From Candidatus Krumholzibacteriia bacterium (GTDB lineage: Bacteria; Krumholzibacteriota; Krumholzibacteriia; Krumholzibacteriales; Krumholzibacteriaceae): DNA of 64,000 nucleotides. The stretch covers positions 64,001 to 128,000 of the forward strand of contig CAWIIQ010000004.1 of assembly GCA_963836185.1 (NCBI GenBank). The letters are read 5' to 3'. A model generated the notes under the pieces. That model made no database searches. It saw only the letters and a program-made list of their open reading frames with translations, and was not told the origin of the DNA. The position numbers were made by a program, and so were the translations under genes. This document shows positions 51,123 to 60,636 of the stretch, piece after piece (positions within the stretch are counted from its first letter, which is position 1; each line of letters opens with the position of its first letter).

Positions 51123-51571
51123 GACGTCCAATAGCGTTCTGGGTCATCGTCATATTTCATGTGCTGTCTGCTATCCTGCTCCTGATCGGTCAGACGACAG
51201 CGATGTTCGCGTACGAGTTTGCCGAAAAGCTCGGTCTTCAGGAATCCCTGGAGGAAGTCACGGCGTTCGGTATCCAGATGAACAGGGCATTCGGGGCAGG
51301 TGACACCTTTGTGTATATCCCCTTGATCATACTTGCCCTGATCGGCCTGTTTCTGAGGAAACGCTGGGCACTGGTAATAAACGCGGCGGTAATGGGAATA
51401 TCGGTGTACTGGACAGTCACGATGACGGCGTTGATGATTTTTGCAAGGGTAATTCCTGGATACACGCTTCGGCCGGGACCGGATTACCTGGTATTCCTGG
51501 GCTCATTCGTGATATTCGGCGTCTGGGGGCTGCTGTATCTCGTATTTCGAGGCGACAGGCTCCTGCGATGA
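51119..51571 (+). CDS. Hypothetical 4-TM membrane protein
   Basis: Hydrophobic pattern; ATGA overlap. Confidence 0.72.
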   Translation: MRRPIAFWVIVIFHVLSAILLLIGQTTAMFAYEFAEKLGLQESLEEVTAFGIQMNRAFGAGDTFVYIPLIILALIGLFLRKRWALVINAAVMGISVYWTVTMTALMIFARVIPGYTLRPGPDYLVFLGSFVIFGVWGLLYLVFRGDRLLR

Positions 51572-51583
51572 GGGGAAGATCTT

Positions 51584-51958
51584 ATGAATGAAAAGGAAGT
51601 GCTTCTCGGTACCTTCGAAAGACTCCGCAAGGCGCTGTTCGATTGTGATGTCAGCAGCCTGCGGGAGTTGATAGCCGGGGATTACATCGGATACGACCCG
51701 CTGGGGAATCCGCAGGACCTTGCGATGACTCTTGAAGCTTATCAACCGGGAGGCGCGCGGCTCGACAGGTACGATGTCGAGGACGTGGATGTGAGGATCA
51801 TGGGGGAAGTCGGGATCATGACCGGGAAAGGGTACATCCACGGAACGTTCGGGGATGCTGAATTCGAGCATGATCTGCGTTTCCTGGATCTGTATGTCAT
51901 GCGGGATGGTTCCTGGAGACTCTTTCTCTCCCAGGTCACCCCTCTGGTATCGGTATGA
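51584..51958 (+). CDS. NTF2-like (DUF4440) protein
   Basis: DVSSLRELIAGDY, VRIMGEVG, DLYVMRDGSWRL. Confidence 0.82.
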   Translation: MNEKEVLLGTFERLRKALFDCDVSSLRELIAGDYIGYDPLGNPQDLAMTLEAYQPGGARLDRYDVEDVDVRIMGEVGIMTGKGYIHGTFGDAEFEHDLRFLDLYVMRDGSWRLFLSQVTPLVSV

Positions 51959-52380
51959 ACAGTCCCGACAGAATAAGTAAAGAAGGGCTGGAAAGACTTC
52001 TTTCGCTGATCCCGGAACTTGAGGATCACGAGGGCTCGTTCGGCGAACATGATTTTACGGAAGAGGGGAACACCCTGCATATCGGACCGTTCAACTACTC
52101 GCCGTTGCTGGGAGAGATCATGTCGGGAATCCATGAAGCCGGACTGCGCTTTCCATTCGACTGGCCTTCCTGGCAGGATGAGGCTGAGCGGATATATGAT
52201 GAACCTGGTGAGCTCGAGAAAGCCGATCTCGAGACAATAAGGAAACTGCTGACCCTTCATCTGAGGAAAGAGCGGTTCTGTGAAGGACACCTCGCCGCCA
52301 TATGTGAGAGCGGACTGATGTTGTCAACTCTGCGGAGACTTAAGGCGCTTTGGGACGAAGGAGCGATCGAGGCCGTCTGA
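51955..52380 (+). CDS. DUF6508-like protein
   Basis: FDWPSW, LRKERFCEGHL motif. Confidence 0.75.
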   Translation: MNSPDRISKEGLERLLSLIPELEDHEGSFGEHDFTEEGNTLHIGPFNYSPLLGEIMSGIHEAGLRFPFDWPSWQDEAERIYDEPGELEKADLETIRKLLTLHLRKERFCEGHLAAICESGLMLSTLRRLKALWDEGAIEAV

Positions 52381-52516
52381 GAGAACTGTCCTCTCTGATT
52401 TTAATTGCGGATAACGCATTCATATGGTAGGGTCTGCAACTTGAAAGACCGTTGAATGAAGCTTGCTAAATCATGTAATATTAAGTATTTGCGATAACAA
52501 TCAGTATCTGATTCTC

Positions 52517-53491
52517 ATGGAAGCATCAGAAAAGCAGCAGAGCCCGAAACCGGTTAAAAAAAAGCCGCTGATCAAATGGCAGCGGCCAAATGTCCACGTG
52601 ATGTACGCGCTGGCGCCGGCAGCAGCAGCGTCGATCTACTTTTTCGGTTGGCGAAGCCTGCTCATGCTCTCTGTAGTCTGTGTTGCCGGATTCCTGACAG
52701 AATACTTCTACCTCAAGGCGACATACAGGGAGCCGGTATCATCGGCCGTCTTCGTTTCATCTTTCCTCCTCGCGTTGAGTCTTCCCCCGACGATCCCGAT
52801 CTGGATGGCCGTTGTAGGGATCGTGTTCGGGATTATGTTCGGCAAGATGGTCTTCGGCGGGTTCGGCCGTAACATCTTCAATCCCGCGCTCGTCGGAAGA
52901 GCATTCATATACATAAGTTTCGGGGGCCCCATGACTGCTGCCTGGGTGAATCATGTCAGCGGAGGAGCGGGCGGATTCGCTCGTTATTCGGCCGATGCGG
53001 TGACACAGGCTACTCCCCTGGCACAGCTCAGCGAGGGGCTACCCGTTTCGAAGATCTCGATGCTGATCGGAAATGAAGCGGGATGTATCGGTGAGACGAG
53101 CGCGATCCTTCTCCTGCTGGGAGGGATATACATCGTCTACAAGAAATTCGCGAACTGGCGCATCGTGCTTTCGATCTTCATCAGCATGCTCGCTCTGCAG
53201 ACGGCGCTCTGGCTCGCAGGCGCCGGTAATGCCCTCGATCCTCTCAGCGCGGTGATAGGCGGCGGATTCATGATGGGCGCCTGGTTCATGGCGACCGATC
53301 CTGTGTCGGCCTCACAGACAAATGGCGGCAGGTGGATCTACGGCATTCTCATCGGTGCCCTGACAGTGCTGATACGTACCTTCTCTATCTGGGCGGAAGG
53401 CATGATGTTCGCCATACTCCTCGGAAATATGTTCTCTCCTATAGTCGACTATTATATCAAAGAGGCAAGGAAGAAGGGGGCGGCGGCATGA
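52517..53491 (+). CDS. nqrB: NqrB/RnfD-family subunit (short, 324 aa)
   Basis: FGKMVFGGFGRNIFNPALVGR, DAVTQATPL, GCIGETS, FMATDPVS. Confidence 0.85.
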   Translation: MEASEKQQSPKPVKKKPLIKWQRPNVHVMYALAPAAAASIYFFGWRSLLMLSVVCVAGFLTEYFYLKATYREPVSSAVFVSSFLLALSLPPTIPIWMAVVGIVFGIMFGKMVFGGFGRNIFNPALVGRAFIYISFGGPMTAAWVNHVSGGAGGFARYSADAVTQATPLAQLSEGLPVSKISMLIGNEAGCIGETSAILLLLGGIYIVYKKFANWRIVLSIFISMLALQTALWLAGAGNALDPLSAVIGGGFMMGAWFMATDPVSASQTNGGRWIYGILIGALTVLIRTFSIWAEGMMFAILLGNMFSPIVDYYIKEARKKGAAA

Positions 53492-54108
53492 AGAAGGAAT
53501 CCTTTATGAAGAAGAGGATCTACCCTGTAGCCTTCATGCTGCTCGTTACCGTCGTATTTATCTCGGTCACCACGGTCATCTACACATTCACTAAAGATAC
53601 GATCAAGCTCAACGAGAGGCTCAGGCTGAAGCAAGCAGTGCTTTACGCGGGAGGTGTCGGTCTTTCCAGTGATCCTGCCGGGATAGAGAAGGCGTTCGAC
53701 GATCGCGTCGAAGAGGTAAAAGACAGTACGGGGAGGGTGAGGTACTACGCGATACGTGGAGAGGGAACAGCCGATATTGAAAGTTACGTAGTCATCCAGA
53801 CAGGCGCCGGCCTGTGGGGAGAGATCACGGCAGGCGTGGGATTCGATCGCGATCTTGAGACTTTCAGGAGGCTCGAGATCATCGACCAGAACGAGACGCC
53901 GGGTCTCGGCGGCAGGATCGACGAGACATGGTTCAAGGAGCAGTTTATGGGGAAGCGGCCTCCTTTGTCTTCGGTGCCCGAAGGCGATCCTGCTTCGGAT
54001 AACGAGTTCCAGGCTATCACCGGCGCATCCTATTCTACCGAGGCCATACAGACCATCGTGAACTCGGCTCGTGAATACGCGCGAACGGAGATACAAGGCG
54101 CAGAATGA
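53488..54108 (+). CDS. nqrC: NqrC/RnfG-family FMN-binding subunit
   Basis: GAGLWGEI, ETPGLGGRI, ITGAS. Confidence 0.85.
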   Translation: MKKESFMKKRIYPVAFMLLVTVVFISVTTVIYTFTKDTIKLNERLRLKQAVLYAGGVGLSSDPAGIEKAFDDRVEEVKDSTGRVRYYAIRGEGTADIESYVVIQTGAGLWGEITAGVGFDRDLETFRRLEIIDQNETPGLGGRIDETWFKEQFMGKRPPLSSVPEGDPASDNEFQAITGASYSTEAIQTIVNSAREYARTEIQGAE

Positions 54109-54722
54109 AAACTTTTAAGGTCAAAAAGGTGTTCCTCGAGGATCTCGGTGTAAACAACCCTGTGTTTATACAGGTACTCGGTATCTGCTCGACCCTCGCG
54201 GTGACGAACGTGCTGAAGAACACGGTCGTCATGTCTGTCGGGCTGATCTTCGTGACGGCTCTGTCGAATGTGACGGTATCCCTGCTCAGGAACGTGATGC
54301 CCTCACGGATACGCATGATGGTCGAGACCCTGATAATCGCATCGTACGTGATCATCGTCGATATTGTGCTGAAGGCGTATATGCCGGAAGTATCCCGTCA
54401 GCTCGGGCCGTATGTAGGGCTTATCATCACGAACTGCATCATCATGGGAAGGGCGGAGGCTTTTGCCCTGTCCAATCCCCCAGGCCTGTCCTTTATCGAC
54501 GGTGTCGCCTCAGCTATAGGCTATTCCTACGTGCTCATCGCCATCGCGATCATCAGGGAACTGATGGGATCGGGTTCGATCTGGGGCTATCACGTACTCG
54601 GGGACTGGTGGACAAACTGGTCGATCATGGTAATGGCGCCCGGGGCCTTCTTTACGCTCGCCATATTCATCTGGGTCGTCAAAGGGATAATGTACAAGCG
54701 GGAGGAGGGAAAGAGCTCATGA
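54105..54722 (+). CDS. nqrD: NqrD subunit
   Basis: NNPVFIQVLGICSTLAVT, VGLIITNCIIMGRAEAFA. Confidence 0.9.
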   Translation: MKTFKVKKVFLEDLGVNNPVFIQVLGICSTLAVTNVLKNTVVMSVGLIFVTALSNVTVSLLRNVMPSRIRMMVETLIIASYVIIVDIVLKAYMPEVSRQLGPYVGLIITNCIIMGRAEAFALSNPPGLSFIDGVASAIGYSYVLIAIAIIRELMGSGSIWGYHVLGDWWTNWSIMVMAPGAFFTLAIFIWVVKGIMYKREEGKSS

Positions 54723-55312
54723 GTGAGGGACTGGCGTTCTACGCGATATTCTTCGCGGCGATATTTACCAATAATATCCTGCTGACGAATTACCTCGGCA
54801 TGTGTTCTTTTCTCGCTGTCTCGAGGGAAGTAGACACTTCTGTCGGCCTGGGCTGGGCCGTCGTGTTCGTCATGACGGCGACGAGCGCCCTGAATTGGCT
54901 CGCCTATCACTATATTCTCGTTCCGTTCGACCTGACCTATCTGAGATTTGTAGTTTTCATCGTCATCATCGCCGCTTTCGTGCAGATAGTAGAGATGATA
55001 ATCGAAAGGGTCTCGGACAAGCTGTACATCGCGCTCGGTATATTTCTCCCGCTGATAACCGTTAACTGCGCCATTCTCGGAGTGAGCCTGTTCATGGTCA
55101 TCAGGGAATACACATTCATCAATTCCGTCTTTTTCGGACTGGGAAGCGGAATAGGGTGGATGGTCGCGATCATAGCGATGGCCGGGATCAGGCAGAAGAT
55201 GGCCCGTTCACGTGTTCCCAGGGCGCTGGCCGGGGCCGGCATTGCGCTTATCATCGCGGGTATAATGGCGCTGGCATTCATGGGCTTTTCGGGCATGATC
55301 AAGATCACCTGA
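54719..55312 (+). CDS. nqrE: NqrE subunit
   Basis: YLGMCSFLAVS, LPLITVNCAILG, MALAFMGFSG. Confidence 0.9.
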   Translation: MSEGLAFYAIFFAAIFTNNILLTNYLGMCSFLAVSREVDTSVGLGWAVVFVMTATSALNWLAYHYILVPFDLTYLRFVVFIVIIAAFVQIVEMIIERVSDKLYIALGIFLPLITVNCAILGVSLFMVIREYTFINSVFFGLGSGIGWMVAIIAMAGIRQKMARSRVPRALAGAGIALIIAGIMALAFMGFSGMIKIT

Positions 55313-55328
55313 GAGGAATCTGAAACCC

Positions 55329-56438
55329 TTGTCTCCATTAGCACAGATATTGATCGGTGTCGGCGCGATCAGCGCTATCACGACATTGCTTGCCGTGATC
55401 ATGGTGATCGCCGACGCTACGATCGGCAACTACGGCAGCGTACAGATCAAGATCAACGATGAGAAGGACGTAACAGTGGAAGGCGGCCGGTCGCTTCTTT
55501 CGTCGCTCATGGATGAGAAGATCTTTATCCCGTCAGCCTGCGGCGGTCGCGGCTCGTGCGGTCTGTGCAAGGTCAAGGTCACATCCGACGTAGGGGAGCA
55601 TCTGCCCACCGAACTGCCCTGGCTCGACGAAGATGAGAGGAAAGATAACGTCCGGCTCTCCTGCCAGCTGAAGATCAAGAAAGACGCCTCGATCCAGATA
55701 CCCGCAGAGCTTTTCAACGTCAAGGAATTCAAGTGTGAGGTCAAATCTATAGTCGATCTGACCCACGATATCAAGGAGATTACCCTGCAGCTCCTGGAGC
55801 CCGACAGAATGACATTCAAGGCCGGACAGTTCATCCAGTTCGAGGTCCCCGAGTATGAACTTACTTCCGAGCCTGTATACAGGGCGTACTCGATATCGTC
55901 CCAGCCCTCACGTACCGATGAGATCGAGCTCGAGATCCGCCTTGTCCCGAGTGGGATCTGCACCACCTATGTATTCGAACATCTGAAGGTTGGGGACACG
56001 GTCACCATCAACGGACCGTACGGACACTTCTACCTGCAGGACACCGACGCGAAGATTATTTTTGTCGCCGGAGGTACGGGAAACGCGCCGATCAAGTCGA
56101 TACTCAACGATATGCTCGAGAAGGACAACCAGCGCGAGGCGGTTTATTTCTTCGGCGCCAGATCGAAATGCGACCTCTTCCTTGTCGATGAGATGAGGGA
56201 GATGGAGAAGAAACTCCCGAATTTCAAATATATACCCACACTTTCCCAGCCGCAGCCCGAGGATAACTGGGAGGGGGATGTCGGCCGTGTCACGGACGCG
56301 ATAGAGCGTCACATAGAATCCGGGGAAAACACCGAGGCATACCTCTGTGGAAGCCCCGGCATGATCGAGTCGGTCGTGGAGGTACTTAAGAAAAAGGGAA
56401 TACCTGAAGACAAGATTTATTACGACAAGTTCGCGTGA
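55329..56438 (+). CDS. nqrF: NqrF-like membrane-anchored 2Fe-2S/FAD/NAD oxidoreductase
   Basis: N-terminal TM, SACGGRGSCGLC, RLSCQ, RAYSIS, AGGTGNAP, YLCGSPGM, YDKF. Confidence 0.88.
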   Translation: MSPLAQILIGVGAISAITTLLAVIMVIADATIGNYGSVQIKINDEKDVTVEGGRSLLSSLMDEKIFIPSACGGRGSCGLCKVKVTSDVGEHLPTELPWLDEDERKDNVRLSCQLKIKKDASIQIPAELFNVKEFKCEVKSIVDLTHDIKEITLQLLEPDRMTFKAGQFIQFEVPEYELTSEPVYRAYSISSQPSRTDEIELEIRLVPSGICTTYVFEHLKVGDTVTINGPYGHFYLQDTDAKIIFVAGGTGNAPIKSILNDMLEKDNQREAVYFFGARSKCDLFLVDEMREMEKKLPNFKYIPTLSQPQPEDNWEGDVGRVTDAIERHIESGENTEAYLCGSPGMIESVVEVLKKKGIPEDKIYYDKFA

Positions 56439-56444
56439 GGTAGG

Positions 56445-56915
56445 ATGATGAAGCAGACTGAGCAGATGAAAGAGATCCAGGAGAGGATGAAGCCGGGTAT
56501 TATTGCATTGGATGGATTCCTCGGTCCGGATGACCGGAACCTCATCGATATACTTGTTGAAGACGACGCCGAGGTAAAGCGGCTGGGACTGACCCATGAA
56601 AATATAGCGGCGAGGATGCAGGAACTTCGGGATGCGGGTAAGGGTGGCCTCGGGGACCTGATCAGTATCGCTCCGCACTACGAAGTAAGTGTCGATATCG
56701 CCAGGGGCAAGCTGCCGTGCCCGTTCGGTCACAGAGGGCTTGTCCGGAAATCGATTATCCGGGTCAAGAACCTCGAGAAAGACCGGGAGCTTACATTTAC
56801 TGATATGAACATCCATATGATAAAAGAGCATGGTTTCTACCAGGGGAAGGGATCATCTTTCAGGATGGATATCGGCGATCTTATTGATATTCTGGATATC
56901 GAGCTGCCCGGATAA
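56445..56915 (+). CDS. Hypothetical soluble protein in the nqr-like operon
   Basis: 6 bp after the nqrF stop with RBS gaggt; GFLG, LPCPFGH, HMIKEHGFYQG. Confidence 0.8.
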   Translation: MMKQTEQMKEIQERMKPGIIALDGFLGPDDRNLIDILVEDDAEVKRLGLTHENIAARMQELRDAGKGGLGDLISIAPHYEVSVDIARGKLPCPFGHRGLVRKSIIRVKNLEKDRELTFTDMNIHMIKEHGFYQGKGSSFRMDIGDLIDILDIELPG

Positions 56916-56952
56916 AGAAGACATCTTTCCAGAAAAACAGGGAGGGTTCGAA

Positions 56953-57561
56953 ATGCGTGCGAACGTAATGGTTCTGGCGGTTGTGTCTCTGTTTGTCGTA
57001 TTGACGGGGACAATTCCGGTTAACGGGCAGGAACAGGAGAAAGAGGATCTGAAGCCGGTCCTAGTTGTCATGGATGTCCAGAATATATGGATGCCGATGA
57101 TGGCGGAAGAGGACAGGGAGACCGCGCCTCAGAAGATCAATGAACTGATCGGCCTTTTTCGCGAACATGACTATCCCGTTATCCGCGTTTACCATTCCAG
57201 CCCGGCACACGGTCCCGAGCCGGGTACAGAGCCGTTTGAGTTCCCGTCCTCGATCGCTGTCACCGATGATGACCTGAAAGTAGTAAAGGCCATGCCTAGC
57301 GCGTTTACGAAGACCGATCTGGAAAAGACTCTCCGGGCCGAAGGGCACAACACAGTCTTTCTATGCGGGCTCAGCGCGACGGGATGCGTGCTGGCGACTT
57401 ACTTCGGCGCGATGGACCGCGAGTTCCCCGTCGTGATGGTCAAGGATGCCCTGCTCAGCCACAATTCATCATATACGAATGTGATAGAGGATATATGCTA
57501 TTCGATGTCGATCGAGGAGGTAAGGGAGATGCTGGATGGGAGAGCTCCGGCCTTAAAGTGA
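56953..57561 (+). CDS. Secreted isochorismatase-family cysteine hydrolase
   Basis: Signal peptide; VVMDVQN, KAMPSAF, GLSATGCVLAT. Confidence 0.85.
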   Translation: MRANVMVLAVVSLFVVLTGTIPVNGQEQEKEDLKPVLVVMDVQNIWMPMMAEEDRETAPQKINELIGLFREHDYPVIRVYHSSPAHGPEPGTEPFEFPSSIAVTDDDLKVVKAMPSAFTKTDLEKTLRAEGHNTVFLCGLSATGCVLATYFGAMDREFPVVMVKDALLSHNSSYTNVIEDICYSMSIEEVREMLDGRAPALK

Positions 57562-57585
57562 ATGAAGCCCTTAGATCACGGGCAG

Positions 57586-57615
57586 AAAAAGAGGGGCCGT
57601 TATAGACGGCCCCTC
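57586..57615 (-). terminator. Intrinsic terminator
   Basis: aaaaa-gaggggccgt-tatag-acggcccctc. Confidence 0.8.
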
Positions 57616-57642
57616 CTGTATCGCGCCTTGTTTTACTTATTC

Positions 57643-58863
57643 CTATACGACAAACTCCTCAGGAACGTCACGCAGCCTCGCAACATCAGTGAGCTTGCGT
57701 CTTACGTCGAATCCCATCCTGCAGTTCACGCGGCACTCATGACAATCCCCGCAGGGAAGAGCAGTAATGTCGACCTTCTCCATCGCCGCCTTGGCCTTGG
57801 CCAGGTCGCGGTATCCGTATACGTACATGTAGCATCTCATCATCGTGGGGATATCTATACCGGCGATACACTGTTTTTTACATTCGCCGCACTGATCGCA
57901 ATACATCCCCGGTCCGCTTCCGTGCATGCCGAGTTGAAGGGCCTTTTTATCATCTGTCGTCAGCTTGAGATCGTTCATCACCGAGGCGTTCTCCTCTAGA
58001 TGGGCGATCGAGTCGATCCCCGGGATCGTTGTATGAACGTTCTTGTTGCTGATGGCCCATTTGAGGGCCGCTTTCATATCGATCATCTTCTCGCGGTTTT
58101 CGTCCCACCAGACACCTGCCTGTGTCTTCATCGCGATAATGCCCTTACCCGCCTTTGCGGCCATCTCCATCGTCCTGTGCATCTCATCAAGGTGAGGCTG
58201 CTGGAAGTTATATGCCGTCAGGACGACCTCGTGAATGTCACTCTTTGCCACAGCCTCGATGACTTCCGGCTCATTAGCGTGTGTCGATACGCCGATTACC
58301 CGGGCCTTGCCTTCTTTCTTCATCTTGACGAGGGCCTCGAGGAAGGGTTCGTGGTTTGTCGCGCCCTCTGTCGCTACACTGTGGATCAACAGGATGTCTA
58401 CATAGTCGACTCCGAGACGCCCGAGGCTTGTCTCGAACTTCTCTATGAACATCTCGGTCGTCGCGCCCTCGCGGAAGAGCCCGGTCCTCCTGTCCTCGGC
58501 GCCTGTCACCTTGGTGGTGATCACGAACGAATCGCGGGGACGGCCCTTGATGACCTCTCCGATCATCTCCTCGTTCCTGCCTCGGCCGTAGCTGTTCGCC
58601 GTGTCGAGGTGGATGACTCCCATATCGAGCGCGGCGGCGATGATCTCAGGAGCCTGGGCGGCTCCCGCGCCGACACTCACCACTGGGATCTCGAGGCCGG
58701 TGTTCCCGAGCTTCCTCTTGACTATCTTGAGGTCTTTCTTTTTTTCATCCGATGTGCGGGTGTTTCCCGTTCCCCGCAGAGCGGGAAGTATGGCTATTCC
58801 CGCAAGGCCGGTAACGCCCGCCTTGAGGAACCGCCGTCTGCTTTTATCGCCAGTGTTCTTCAT
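57643..58863 (-). CDS. Tat-signal aldo/keto reductase with C-terminal 4Fe-4S motifs
   Basis: SRRRFLK, LDTANSY, GIIAMK, CDQCGEC, CGDCHEC. Confidence 0.9.
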   Translation of the reverse strand: MKNTGDKSRRRFLKAGVTGLAGIAILPALRGTGNTRTSDEKKKDLKIVKRKLGNTGLEIPVVSVGAGAAQAPEIIAAALDMGVIHLDTANSYGRGRNEEMIGEVIKGRPRDSFVITTKVTGAEDRRTGLFREGATTEMFIEKFETSLGRLGVDYVDILLIHSVATEGATNHEPFLEALVKMKKEGKARVIGVSTHANEPEVIEAVAKSDIHEVVLTAYNFQQPHLDEMHRTMEMAAKAGKGIIAMKTQAGVWWDENREKMIDMKAALKWAISNKNVHTTIPGIDSIAHLEENASVMNDLKLTTDDKKALQLGMHGSGPGMYCDQCGECKKQCIAGIDIPTMMRCYMYVYGYRDLAKAKAAMEKVDITALPCGDCHECRVNCRMGFDVRRKLTDVARLRDVPEEFVV

Positions 58864-58886
58864 GACAGTCCTTTCTTCGCGAGAAT

Positions 58887-59624
58887 CTAGTTGCCCTGGA
58901 GTTCGCTGATAGTAATCCGGTCCTTTTTCGTATATCCTTCCGGGGCCGACCAGAAGCCTTCCGGCGCGTCCTTCTCGCTGATCTCCTTTGCCTCGGTGAC
59001 CGTCTTTATCTCGATGCCTTTCTGGAACCTTATCTCCTCGCTCATCATCGGATAGCCAGCGCCCTCTCCGAGGGAATCGATGAGTTCGACGTTGTAGTTT
59101 CGCAGTGTAAGAAGGCAGGGATAGATCTTCTTGTAGATACCGATATCAAAGGGAACGTCTTCTGTGTACCAGGCTGTTTCGTCCGTTTCGTTATACTTTA
59201 TATCTTCATACGGTATCCATGTGGTGAGCATATGACCGGTGCACTTGTGACCGTTAAACTCCTTTTCGCCATCGAGCTCTTTCATCTCACCGGTATACTG
59301 GTACATCTGGATTCTGCCCACCTCTTCCTCGACTATGATGTTTTCCCACTGGGGAGGAAGCGCAGTCTGCAGGTATATCGAATCACCGAGATTGATGAAG
59401 GTGAAGATGTTGCCCGATACGTCGAAGATCATCTTAACTCTCTCCTGGACCAGGGCCATTCTGCCCTCGCCGAACCACATCTCGAAGTCACGGTCGACTT
59501 CAGGAGTAGTCGTACCCCCGTAATAGTAGGCATCGGTATGCGTATGATGTCTCACGCAGATCTCGGCTGGCAGGGAAGAGGCAGTCACCAGGAGCGCAAC
59601 TGTAACAAGCAGAGCTGTTTTCAT
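58887..59624 (-). CDS. Secreted protein (DUF4412-like)
   Basis: Signal peptide; KEFNGHKC, WYTEDVP, FWSAPEGY; RBS aggagg. Confidence 0.7.
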   Translation of the reverse strand: MKTALLVTVALLVTASSLPAEICVRHHTHTDAYYYGGTTTPEVDRDFEMWFGEGRMALVQERVKMIFDVSGNIFTFINLGDSIYLQTALPPQWENIIVEEEVGRIQMYQYTGEMKELDGEKEFNGHKCTGHMLTTWIPYEDIKYNETDETAWYTEDVPFDIGIYKKIYPCLLTLRNYNVELIDSLGEGAGYPMMSEEIRFQKGIEIKTVTEAKEISEKDAPEGFWSAPEGYTKKDRITISELQGN

Positions 59625-59887
59625 GTTTCCTCCTTTAAAGGATGTACTGATACATGACTATAAACCTGTGGCATCGGAAATATCCATATATTTGATGCTT
59701 TTTTATTGCAATTCGCCTCAACGGGTAGTACGTCTCGTCTGTAATCCATGTAACCTTGGACGGTAACTCTTCGCGGAGGCGATCTGATGGAAAATGGATA
59801 CGCGACAGTCGGGTATGTAAATTTTCTGGTTGCCGTGCAGGGCCGGGATAGTAATCCGGCGAAGGCGGCCTGACGGAGGATGTGACC

Positions 59888-60259
59888 ATGCCAGTCAGAA
59901 CCGTGATAGAGCATGAGAAGGAAATAACGGAACACATCGCTTCTGGAGAAGTTATCGATGATGAGATGTTTGAGGCTCAGAGAGAATTCTACGAAAATGG
60001 CCCGACGAGACTGCAGCTCTGGGATATGACGCAGGGCAGTGTGACCAGTGTGACGATCGGCGGCATGCGGACCTTTATCGGGAGGGCTGCCCTGAAAGGG
60101 AAGGCAAGAAAAGACGGTAAAACAGCTGTCATCGTAAGTTCACAGCTGCAGTTCGGGCTGGCAAGGATGGCTGAGGCATTTGGGGAGTTCGTCTCCCTCC
60201 CATTTGCTTTTCGCGTTTTCAGGGAACGAGCCGAGGCGCTTGCCTGGTTTGATGAGTGA
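59888..60259 (+). CDS. Hypothetical STAS/SpoIIAA-like protein
   Basis: LWDM, KTAVIV, QFGLARM, FRVFRERAEALAW. Confidence 0.65.
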   Translation: MPVRTVIEHEKEITEHIASGEVIDDEMFEAQREFYENGPTRLQLWDMTQGSVTSVTIGGMRTFIGRAALKGKARKDGKTAVIVSSQLQFGLARMAEAFGEFVSLPFAFRVFRERAEALAWFDE

Positions 60260-60276
60260 CAGGAAGGAGAAATCTG

Positions 60277-60633
60277 ATGGATACGACTCCAGTCTACGTT
60301 TCAGAGAGCACAGTCAGGAGCATCTGGCAGGAATACCGTATCTTCAACAACCGTGTGGAGATCGACACGATGTTCGGGCTGATGGTAATACCTTTCGAGC
60401 ATATAGAAAAAGTCGATGTCTCCGAATCAGAAGTGAAGGGACTGCTGAGGGGCGATCTGCATCTGAAGGGATTCAGGCCTGCCCTGAAGGTTGATTGGGC
60501 CAATTTTGTCGAGCATGTCGTGATCGACAAAAGCGAGGGTCATATCCACAGGATCCTTCTGACGCCGGATGATCCCGAAAAGTTCAAGAGCATGCTTGAT
60601 CAGGCACTTGCCGAATATAAGCAGGATATGTAA
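60277..60633 (+). CDS. PH-like domain protein
   Basis: IPFEHIEKV, LLTPDDPEKF. Confidence 0.65.
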   Translation: MDTTPVYVSESTVRSIWQEYRIFNNRVEIDTMFGLMVIPFEHIEKVDVSESEVKGLLRGDLHLKGFRPALKVDWANFVEHVVIDKSEGHIHRILLTPDDPEKFKSMLDQALAEYKQDM

Positions 60634-60636
60634 GCC

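Noticed and set aside
59625-59887. Long intergenic region as ncRNA or riboswitch
   Set aside because: No recognisable family motif or strong stem; consistent with divergent promoters.
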